A stretch of 62,510 bases of DNA, counting the filler, from Chiloscyllium plagiosum (Eukaryota): NCBI RefSeq assembly GCF_004010195.1. It is 4 parts of one record of this genome, joined end to end, with 100 filler letters (N's around TTAATTAATTAA, not from the genome) between each part and the next. Parts side by side here need not be neighbours in the genome. Positions count along the whole stretch, not along the records: positions 49,450 to 52,913 come from NC_057717.1; positions 53,014 to 62,510 come from NC_057717.1; 2 more parts are not named here. The stretch is one strand, 5' to 3'. The position numbers and the translations under genes are program-made. Positions 52,741 through 62,510 of this stretch are shown here, piece after piece (the first letter of the stretch is position 1; each line of letters begins with the position of its first letter). Below the pieces are notes generated by a model. It did not search any database and was not told the DNA's origin. It saw nothing but the letters and a program-made list of their open reading frames with translations.

Positions 52741-53702
52741 AAGTGTGAGTGTGACAGGGTCAAGTTGGCAGTGATGACGTGAATGTGAGGGGTCAGGGTG
52801 GTGGTTAAGGAGTGAATATTCGGGGATCAGGGTGTCAGGGATGCAGTGAGGGTGATGGTGTCAGGATGACATTGATGTCGTGAGTGTAAGTATGTCAGTG
52901 CGACGGTGACAGANNNNNNNNNNNNNNNNNNNNNNNNNNNNNNNNNNNNNNNNNNNNTTAATTAATTAANNNNNNNNNNNNNNNNNNNNNNNNNNNNNNN
53001 NNNNNNNNNNNNNCAGTTAGTGTGAGGGGGTCAGGGTGACGTTGACAGAGTCAGTCTGAGGGGTACAGAGTGGCGGTGATGGAATAAGTGCGAGTAGGTC
53101 AGGGTGAAAACGATCGAGTGAGCGTGAGTGGTCAGGTTAATGGTGAGAGAGTGAGCATGAGAATGTCAGGGTGACAATGATGAAGAGAGTGTGAAACGAC
53201 CTATGTTATGGTGATGGAAACAGCTTGAGATGGTCATGATTGCAAATGGTTTAGTGACTGTGAAGGGGTCTGGCTGATGATGACAGGGGCGTGTGAGGGT
53301 TTTAGGGTTACAGTGATGGAGTGTGTTAGAGGCGTCCAAAGTTATTTGATGGAGTGAGTGTGGGGATTGCGAATGAGTGAATGTAAGTGCGCCAGGGTGA
53401 CGGTGATGGAGTGAGATTGAGGGGGTCAGAGTGATGTTGAGAGAGGGAACGTGAGGGTGTCAGGATGACTCTGCGATGGAGAGTTGACGTCCACACAGTC
53501 ACTCCGTCACCGTTACAGTGATCCCCTCGCACTCCCTTATCACCACCACACTGACCTCCTCACACTCCTCTGTCACAATCAGCCTCATGTCCTCACACTC
53601 ACTCTGTCACCATCAACCTGACCCCTTCACAGTCATACACCACTGTAATCATGACCCTCTCAATCTCTCTCCATCATTGTCACACTGACCGTCTCACACT
53701 CT
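52741..53702. repeat. ~34-bp repeat D (~GAGTGAGTGTGAGGGGGTCAGGGTGACGGTGATG) spanning the 52914-53013 spacer gap and switching orientation near 53490
   Basis: GTCAGGGTGA units to ~53490, then reverse-complement units TCACC..CTGACC..CTCACACTC. Confidence 0.75.
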
Positions 53703-53704
53703 AT

Positions 53705-55631
53705 TCGGGAGGGAGGGAGGTATTTGTCGATTTGTCTAGAGAGGGAGCCATGGTTTAATAACGAAGTTGAAGCTCTTATTAAGAGGAAGAAAAACGCTTA
53801 TGTGAGGAGGAGAAGTGAAAACTCATGTTGGGGGTGGGTGCGGGGCAAATGGCGAGATTTATTAGTTAGCCAAATAAGATCTGAAGAGAGGGCCGAGAAC
53901 AGCCAGAGGGTACATGAGAAGTTGTTGGTGGATAGGATCAAGGCCTTCTATAGTATATCGTGAATAAAAGAATGACTTGAGTAAGATTAGTGTTAATCAA
54001 CTATAGTAGTGGGAAGTTGTGTGTGGCACCTCTGTACAATTGGAAACTGTTAATGACACCTTTCGTCAGTATTCACATTGGAAAACGGCAATGTTGGTAG
54101 TTATAGGAGATAAAGGCGACAGATTAGATGGGATTGCAGTTGACAAAGATGAGGAGGAATTAGCAATTTTGGAAGGTCTGAAAATAGAGGGGATCCCTGA
54201 GCCAAATGGGGCTTACGTCGAAATCACTGGAAAGCCAGGGAGGAGATTACAGAACATTTTGATTTGACCTTCATGTATCATTGTGGACAGGACGTTAGAG
54301 GCCCGTGAGCTTTACTTTGATTGTGGGTAAGGTGCTGCAAAAGGTTTTGAGAGATAGTATTTATAATCATCTGGAAAGGAACAATTTGATTAGGGACAGT
54401 CAATACGGTTTGGTGAAGTGTACGTCGTGCCCCACCCACGTTATTGAGTTCTTCGAGAAGATTGCAAAACAAGTGGATGGAGGTCAAGTGGTTGATGTAG
54501 TGTATATAGACTTCAGTAAGATTTTGCTAAGGTTAGGCTATTGCACCAAATGCGGAGTTTTGAGATTGAATGCGATTTAGCGATTTGGATCAGAAATTAG
54601 CGAGCTGAAAAAAAGAGAGTTGCTGGTGGTTGAAGGGAAATGTTCATCCTAAAGCACAGTTACCAGTGGTGTGCCGCAAGGGTCTGTTTTGCGACCACTT
54701 ATTTTTATAAATGATCTCGATGTAAGCGCAGAAGGTAAGGTAAGTAAATTTGTGAATGATGCATTGCGGAAAATGCTGAAGGTTTGTGCGGGTTCCAGAC
54801 TGACATGGATAAGATGCAGAGCTGGGCTGAGAAGTGGCAAATGGAGTTTAATGCCGAAAGGTGTGAGGTAGTTCACTTCTGAAGATCTATCAGTTCTGTG
54901 TTAATCGTAAAATTCTAGACAGTGGAGGTGAACAGAGAAATCTCGGTAACCAGGTGTATAAATCTCTGGGAGTTGCCACTCAGGTTGATAGAGACGTTCA
55001 GAAGGCATATGGTGCGTCGACATTCATTGGGAGGATGGAGGGGTTTCGTAGCCACGAGGTGATGCTTCACCTGTACAAGACACTGGTAAGACCGCACCTG
55101 TAGTATTGCGTACAGTTCAGGTCACCATGTGAGAGAAAGATTGTGGGAGCTTTGGAAACAGGTCAGAGGAGGTTTAATAGGATGTTGGCTGGTATGGAAA
55201 GACGGTCTTACGAAGAAAAGCTGAGAGAATTGAGGATGTTTTCGTTGGAGAGAAGAATGTTGAGAGGTGACTAAATCGAAACGTATCAAAAAGTCAGGGG
55301 GTTAGACAGAGTGAACAGTGAGACCGTTTTGTTTTCTCGAATTGTGAAGGCTAATACGAGGGGACATAGCTTTAAATTGCAGGATTATAGATTTAGGATA
55401 CATAACAGAGGTATCTTTATGCACTGAATAAGAGGCTCGTGGAATGGCCTGCTTGCAACAGCAGTACACCAGCCATCGTTAAGGGTATTTAAATGTTCAT
55501 TAGGCAGACATATGGATAAAAATGGAATTGTGTAGGTTAGATGGACATCAGATTAATTTCACATGTCGGTGAAACTTCGCTACCTGAAGGTCCTGCACTG
55601 CGCTGTAACGTTCTATGTTCAATGTTATATG
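53705..55631 (+). mobile_element. Decayed CR1 LINE (ORF2 linker-RT-3' UTR)
   Basis: REPWFNNEV, LERNNLIRDSQYG, VDVVYIDFSK, PQGSVL..FINDLD; TTCTATGTTC tail. Confidence 0.9.
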
Positions 55632-56630
55632 AAATAAATTATAGCGGTATCCTGTTACAGTACACCTCGGTTAGATTAAAATTATGAATTAAAACTTAGA
55701 ATCTCAAATTCCAAACTGGATATGTCTTCTGGAATGTTTCTCTGTCTCTCCAGTCATAAACGCTTCTCTTTCAGCTGATTCATCCTTCATGGATGCTCTC
55801 TATGGGACGTTGTTTTCTGTTGTGGAAGCGTATCTAATTGAATTATGGTGTCAGGAATATTATCTATATGTACCATACACCTTCATGACCGGATGGTCAA
55901 TATTTAGAGAGATTGGAAAATTCATGTCAGAACGAGATGTTCTCCTTTTTTTTTTACCTCAGGTGGCAGTTGGCATTCCCTCTGATTTTCAAGTTTCACT
56001 TTATTTCAACAGCTAACATATTAATTTATTTAAAAGCAGATTGCTTCAGGCAGTGATAACTAACAGATTTAAATATAAAAGGGTTTTGGTTTCGAGATCT
56101 TGGTTTAAATTAGTTGGCTAATATTCAAACCAGTTGCCGGCACACCAAAACAAGCTGAGGTTGCCAGGCACTCAGCCAATTGATGCATACGTTTCATTTT
56201 GGCAATGTCAGTTGCTTGTAGACACTTCAAAAAAATCTCCAACTATTGAAAAGCTCATCACCTCTTTTACTGACAGCGCACTCTTCCATTCCATTCCTTT
56301 TTACTGACAAATTCTGGCTTACAGCCTGCCACTTCAAACACACTCCACACAATTTCGTAACATAGTTCCATGTCTTATTTCCTTAACAACGGTGCCACTT
56401 CATAAATTAATCAGTCTTTGTTAAAACTTATGTTTTCATAGAAAGTTAATACACTTGCCTCATCGCCTCTTGCTTTTCTTTACAAACATATGCCCTGAAG
56501 AATTTAACACTTCCCTGAATAAACAGTCAAATTTCCATTCCACCCCGTTCATTTGGTCCATCATCCTTTCTTTACGATGATTTTTAACATTTGCAACAGT
56601 GTCCAAACAGTGGTAACACGCTTAAAATTT

Positions 56631-56957
56631 GCCACAGTGGCTCAGTGAGCAGCCTTCTGCCTCAGAGCGCCAGTAACTAGGGTACAATTCCAGCCTTGGG
56701 CGACTGTCCATGTCGAGTTTGCACATTCTCCTGGTGTCTTCGTGGGGTTCCGTCCAATGCTCTACTTTCTTCCACAGTCCATGTTAAGTGAATTGGATGA
56801 GCTAAATTGTCTGTAGTGTTCAGGATGTGTAGGTTTGGTTCCTTCGTCTTTGATAGGTGTAGATTGATGTGAGTCATTGTAGTTTGGGATTTGGAGGCTC
56901 GATGCGGAATTGTTGGGCCGAATCGACTGTTTCTAGCCTGTAGGGTTTCTTTGAATT
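56631..56957 (+). mobile_element. Older HE1-like SINE
   Basis: CACAGTGGCTCAGTG A box, GGTACAATTCC degenerate B box, GAGTTTGCACATTCTCC core and GGGCCGAA tail. Confidence 0.82.
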
Positions 56958-57696
56958 GATAATTAATTAACTAACTTACAGTCCAAGCATGTCTTTATAT
57001 CACAAAAATTGCGATCGTCCTTCGTGACTACAGGTTGACATGTAGTGAAGGATTGAATGGCGCCTAAACCCTGCGACTTCTTGCTGCCATATGTAAAGTT
57101 AATGGAAGGAGCATAGATGATCCTGAAATACCATAGCAGATTTTAAATAGATCCAATGCTCAAAGTCAAACGAGGTGAAGAAGTAGCTGGAATTTATTTG
57201 CACATTTACCTAGAACACATTTCATGGATCAATGACAATGTGTATAGAGCTAATAGAAAAGATGACTGGCATGGATGTTATTTGTTAATTGACCAAATAA
57301 GGAAGACCAGCTGGGGAGTTGATTACAACTGAAGATGAAAATATAACTATCTTTGGAAGAATATTTTGTTCAACTAGGAAATTATGTTCGTAACAGTATG
57401 ATTAGAGTCTCTGGAAATTCAGAATGACAACTGATGATACACAGTACGCAAAAGTCCCGAAAAGCTATTTCTGCAACTACTTTTACAAAAAGATGGATTG
57501 AGTTACAGATGTAGAAAATTAAACTGAAGAATTTCTTTTTCAGGTGGCTCAAATAACACTATTCGTGAACCACCAATATTACTTATGAATGGAAATTTCA
57601 GATGAATCAGTACAAAATGGCTGTATACCATGCTTGCGAAGAAAATAAAAAAAAGTCAGAATATGTATATTGTAAAATATTTTACACAAAGATGGG

Positions 57697-58803
57697 GCCG
57701 TTTGATAAGGTTCCCCAGGTAGACTAATGGAGAAAGTGAAGTCACATGGTGTGCAGGGTGTTCCATCTAGGTGAATAAAGAATTGGTTGAGCAAAAAGGG
57801 ACTGAGAGTAGCAGTTGAAGGGAGTTTCTCGAAATGGAGAAAGGTCAGCAGTGGTGTTCCACAGGGGTCAGTGCCGGGGCCACTGTTGTTTGTAATATAG
57901 ATAAATGATCTGGAAGAGGGTACTGTTGGTATGATCAGCAAGTTTGCAGATGACACGAAGATTGGTGGAGTAGCAAAGAACATAAGGGACTGTCAAAGAA
58001 TACAGGAGGGTACAGGTAGACTGGAAATTTAGGTGGAAAAGTGGCAGATGGATTTCAATCCAGACAAATGTGAGGTGATGCATTTAGGTAAGACTAATTC
58101 TAGAGCGAATTATACAATGAACGGCAGAGCCTTGTGAAAGTTGATGGGCACAGAGATCTGGGGGTGCAGGTCCATTGTAACCTGAAGGTTGATGTACAGG
58201 TGGATAGAGTGATCAAGAAGGCATATAGTATGCTTGCCTTCATCGGACGAGGTATAATAGCTGGCAAGTCATCTTAAAATTTTACAGGTCTTTGGTTCGG
58301 CCGCATTTGGAATACAGTTCTGGTCGCCACATTACCAAAAGAATGTGGACGCTTTGGAGACAGTGCAGAGAATGTTTACAAGGATGTTGCCTCGTGGGGA
58401 AGATGCTATGATGATCGGTTGAGTAGGTTAGGTTTATTCTCATTAAGAAAGAGGAGATTGACAGGGGGCCTGATTGAGGTTTACAGAATCATGAAGGGTA
58501 TAGACTGGGTGGATAGAGACAAGGATTGTATTCCCAGGGTGAAGAATTCCATAACAAGAGGTCACGCTTTCAAGGTGAGAGCTGGAAAACTTAAGGGGGA
58601 TAAACGAGGCAAGTACTTCTCACAGCGGGTGTTGGGCATCTGGAACGTGTTGCCAGCACAGGTTGCAGAGGCAGACACGGTAGATTCTGGACAGATGCAT
58701 GAGTAGGTGGGGAACAGAGGGATATAGAACCTTAGGAATTGACCGATAGGTTTAGAAAGTACATTTGGATCGTTCCTGGGCAGCAAATTTTCTTTGCTCT
58801 TTG
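57697..58803 (+). mobile_element. 5'-truncated CR1 (same subfamily as 6301-7682)
   Basis: FDKVP, GVPQGSVPGPLLF, SKFADDTKIGG, KCEVMHLG and WNVLPAQVAEA motifs. Confidence 0.92.
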
Positions 58804-59272
58804 TATTTTATATTGTATAGATTTGATGACGCAAGTTAGTTGCTAAATCAGAACAGGAAACTTCAACATAGTATTTTTTTACACCAATTGCTGATAGTGT
58901 TACTTTAACCCGTGTCAGAAAATAAGACAATCAAAATCAGGTATAACTGTCCCCTCAATATTCAAAGCATATCTTGTAAATGAAGGCTACCAGTTATGTT
59001 TGATAGTATGGTGGATGGGATTTATTTGGCCGAAGAAAAAATTCGTCTGAGAGGAAATCGGATTTTTCAGCATTTCCAATGCGTTTACTATGGCATGGTC
59101 ATTCTTGAAAGGTATTTGCATTGAAGACTATAAATATTTCCCAATTTCTAAGATATGCAATTTTTTAAATTTATCCTTGGGAAATGTTGTAAAGTTATTG
59201 TTATTGGAGGAAATTTTTTTCATTGACTATTTTGACTTTCCTCTGTCATATTTTAGATATCCAGTTTCCGTC

Positions 59273-61170
59273 AGGAAAGTGAGGACTGCAGATGATGCAG
59301 ATCAGAGCTGAAACTGTGTTGCTGGAAAAGCGCAGCAGGTCAGGCAGCATCCAAGGAGCAGGAGTATCGCCGTTTCGGGCATGAGCCCTTCTTCTGGAAT
59401 GAGGAAAGTCTGTCCAGCAGGCTAAGATAAAAGGTAGGGAGGATGGACTTGGGGGAGGGGCTTTGGAAATGTGATAGGTGGAAGGTGGTCAAGGTGAGGG
59501 TGATAGGCCGGAGTGGGGATGGGGGCGGAGAGGTTCAGGAAGAAGATTGCAGGTTAGGAAGACGGTGCTGAGTTCGAGGGATTTAACTGAGACAAGGTGG
59601 GGGGAGGGAAATGAGGAAACTGGAGAAATCTGAGTTCATCCCTTGTGGTTGGAGAGTTCCTAGGCGGAAGATGAGGCGCTCTTCCTCCAACCGTCGTGTT
59701 GCTAACGTCTGGGAGGTGTGGGTGCAAGTTTTGCATTTCTTGCGGTTGCAGGGGAAGGTGCCGGTAGTGGAGGTTGGGTTGGTGGAGGGTGTGGACCTGA
59801 CGAGGGAGTCACGGAGGGAGTGGTCTTTTCGGAACGCTTATAGGGGAGGGGAGGGAAATATATCCTTAGTGGTAAGGTCCGTATGGAGGTGGAGGAAATG
59901 ACAACGGATGATACGTTGTCTATGGAGGTTGGTGGGTGGTAGGTGAGGACCAGTGGGGTTCTGTCCTGGTGGCGATTGGAGGGGCGGGGCTCAAGGGCAG
60001 AGGAGCGGGAAGTGGAGGATATGCAGTGGAGAGCATCGTTGACCACGTGTGGGGGGAAATTGCGGTCTTTGAAGAAGGAGGCCAACTGGGTTGTTAGGTA
60101 TTGGAACTGGTCCTCCTGGGAGCAGATGCGGAGGAGATGAAGGAGTTGAGAATATGGGATGGCATTTTTACAGGGGCAGGGTGGGAGGAGGTGTAGACTA
60201 TGTAGCTATGGGAGTCGGTCGTGTTGATTCGGTCACCTGAAATATAAATAGAAAGGTCTAGGAAGGGGAGGTAGGAGTCTGAGATGGTCCAGGTGAATTT
60301 GAGGTCGCGGTGGAAGGTGTTGGTAAAGTGGATGAATTGTTCAACCTCCTCATGGGAGCACGAGGCAGCGCCGATACAGACATCGATGTAGGGAAGGAAA
60401 AGGCGATCCTGCGACGGTCGCGGAGGGGGTCATCTTCCCAGTGATAATGAAGTTTGTTGTCTGGATGGCATTCGTGAAGGAGGCGCAGTTGGCAGTAGCT
60501 GCGATCTTTGGTTCAGTGGGTGGGGAAGAGGCGTCATAATTCTCCACGGCGTCGTGCCTGAAGCGGCTGAGTCGCTAATTGCATCAAAACGGTTCAAGAA
60601 GCCAAGAGAAGGTTTTGGGATGGTCAAGCAAGTCCGAGTTTTGAGTTAAGTACATGAACATTTGTTTAACGTACGTTCTTTTATGGCGGATATGGTGAAG
60701 AAAAAATATTTATTTAACGTGTGAATACTTCTGAGAATGTAAAACAGCAGAGGTCCTTTGCATGTCTGTGATACCGTGGCCCTGTGGGGAGACAGTAATG
60801 ACAGTAAGGAGGGGAATTGGCAGCAGATAGTTGCGAGTGTAGAATGGAGGAACCAAAAGAAAAACCATTTCTGAATGTTTCAGATTTGTCGTATGTACTT
60901 GTTGTCCTGCTGAGCTCCAAATCGTACTTTTCCAGAGTACATGCGAGATTAGTCGACTCTGTCGGCAAGTACTGGGGAAGGAAATGTGGCAATAGTAGCG
61001 AGTCTGCTTGAAACATGCCTGAAGAACTTCAAGGCAGCGTGAGACTCACTGGTATCCTTGTGGAGAGGGAGGAGAATTTCTACAAGGTAGGCATCATTGG
61101 AAGAGTATTCGCAGGAGTTTTAAAATCAACTAGGAGATTGTAGGGACTCCATATGCTGGAGAACAGGGTG
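59273..61170 (-). mobile_element. Internally deleted Penelope-like retroelement with partial direct terminal repeats
   Basis: Minus strand gives an N-terminal remnant (CKGPLLFYILRSIH), RT LFLPYIDVCIG..PFLDLSI, linker MASFFKDRNFP..PLVLTYHP, GTFPCNRKKCKTC and GIY-YIG C-terminus RRLEEERLIFRLGTLQPQGMN; decayed hammerhead at 59369-59396; terminal motif at 59273 recurs at ~61131-61166. Confidence 0.85.
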
Positions 61171-61940
61171 GAAGATTGCGGCCTAGTCGACACCTCCTCC
61201 CACCCTGCCCCTGTTACCAATGGCAGCAAAGGATCCAATGGAGGTTTTAGTCGTCGTGTGTTAGATTAGTTAGGGGCGTGTTTAATATATACAGAGATGT
61301 TTAATAATGTTCTTATGTATCTAACTCTTTCTGAATAACGATTTATTTCATTTCAATAGACCCCGTGGGATTTACGATTGATATGAATTTTTCATACAAT
61401 TTCAGGCAAAGAAAAGTCGCATGGGAAATATTCAATTTCATGTGCAATTTCTTTAGAGTTTGCATACAGTTGGAATTCCAAAGATGCACTGTTACACCAG
61501 TGTAAGCAGAATTCAGACTTGTGTTTCAGAGACGGTTGTCTGGGTTCGGAACTTCCAAACCACAGGTTGGGTTGCATTCCTGCAATTCATTGAGTGCCCT
61601 TGATTTCCACCCCTGTATATTTTTTGTACCGTTCACTGCTAATAAATTTAAAACTAATTATAGAAATGTATTGTGCTTTTAATGATGGCCCAATTTTCAA
61701 TTGTACTTTGCCATATTTCAACATAATTATCCATATATTGGGAACCGTTTGATTGTCCAATGAATTAATACGAATTGACTGCAATCAGTGACAAGTAAAA
61801 TGCACAGTAATTACTTTCTGCAACGCTCCACACTCCACCTCTGGCTTCTTCCTTGCCATAAGTTATGGTGATAGATACGTGATTTTGGACATTGCATATT
61901 GAACAACGCACATATTTTTTAATTTTTACTTTTTTAATTT

Positions 61941-62510
61941 TTAATTTTTACTGAACTGTTTCAAACGTCTGAGTGGATATTTTACCCCATATTTTAATTC
62001 GTCCCTGAATTTGCTCTGTGTTCCTCCATAAATAAATGGATTAACGCAGGAACTCAAAAATTGAAGCATGTATCCGTTTTCTTCCAAAAGGAATGTTGTG
62101 TCACTGAAATTAGCCCCTGAGAAATAAGTAACATCGACAACCCGAACATAGACAATAGTTATAAAATATAACAGATATAACAAGATGAAACTGCCAGAGA
62201 TAGCAAAAAGTAAAACAATTGACTTTCTCCTCTTCTGCACCTCTGGATCATTCTCATTACCTCCATTTATTTGGAACTGGAGTCTCCTACGAGCTCTGTT
62301 GGCGAACAGAATGTGCTTGACGGTCAGGGCATTGAGCAACAATATTAGAATGAAAGGGAGACAAGGAGTAAAAATAACAAGAACCCAGTCGAATGTGGCC
62401 CAAGCAGCTGACGTATAAAATATTAACTTAATGGCACAGAACCAGGGAACATTGTCAATGATGTATAAAGGTTCATATATAAAATACAAAAACGTATTCC
62501 TCAGACAGCT
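61941..62510 (-). CDS. Class A (rhodopsin-like) GPCR, GPR139/GPR142-like, 3' part (end of TM4 to C-terminus); 5' end lies beyond the window
   Basis: Frame open from the window edge (SCLRNTFLYFIYEP) to TAA; ECL2 PWFC, TM5 FTPCLPFILILLLNALTV, RRKSIVLLFAISGSFILL TM6, TM7 SSCVNPFIY (NPxxY), helix 8 TQSKFRDELK. Confidence 0.9.
   Translation of the reverse strand, partial: SCLRNTFLYFIYEPLYIIDNVPWFCAIKLIFYTSAAWATFDWVLVIFTPCLPFILILLLNALTVKHILFANRARRRLQFQINGGNENDPEVQKRRKSIVLLFAISGSFILLYLLYFITIVYVRVVDVTYFSGANFSDTTFLLEENGYMLQFLSSCVNPFIYGGTQSKFRDELKYGVKYPLRRLKQFSKN

Noticed and set aside
55632..57696. AT-rich unique sequence as a possible exon or ncRNA
   Set aside because: Only short ORFs without recognisable motifs; nothing supportable apart from the SINE
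59369..59396. Hammerhead acting as a 3' processing site for the same-strand GPCR transcript
   Set aside because: Core is mutated (CAGAAGA; GUC to GGC) and lies about 2 kb beyond a plausible poly(A) signal

Overview
Vertebrate genomic DNA, almost certainly from a cartilaginous fish (shark or ray). The evidence is HE1-type tRNA-derived SINEs, dense CR1-clade LINEs, Penelope-like elements (PLEs) and a GPR139-like receptor. About 90% of the window is repetitive. Several degenerate, strand-asymmetric tandem-repeat families (about 31 bp, 38 bp, 8 bp and 30-34 bp) are interrupted by many decayed CR1 fragments, five SINEs, an internally deleted PLE and a candidate LTR. A roughly 6.3-kb satellite+CR1+SINE cassette occurs as three tandem copies plus one inverted copy. 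There are five assembly gaps, three carrying an artificial TTAATTAATTAA spacer. The only credible host CDS is the 3' half of a class A GPCR on the minus strand at the right edge. The most notable signal is three 100-136-bp PLE-derived insertions that consist almost only of a minimal hammerhead-ribozyme module. Each has a 14-15-bp target-site duplication, shares the same 3' end, lies at the same CAC(A)CTCCCT motif of the satellite unit, and has an empty paralogous site inside this window. Family assignments come from motif recognition, not database searches, and boundaries are approximate.
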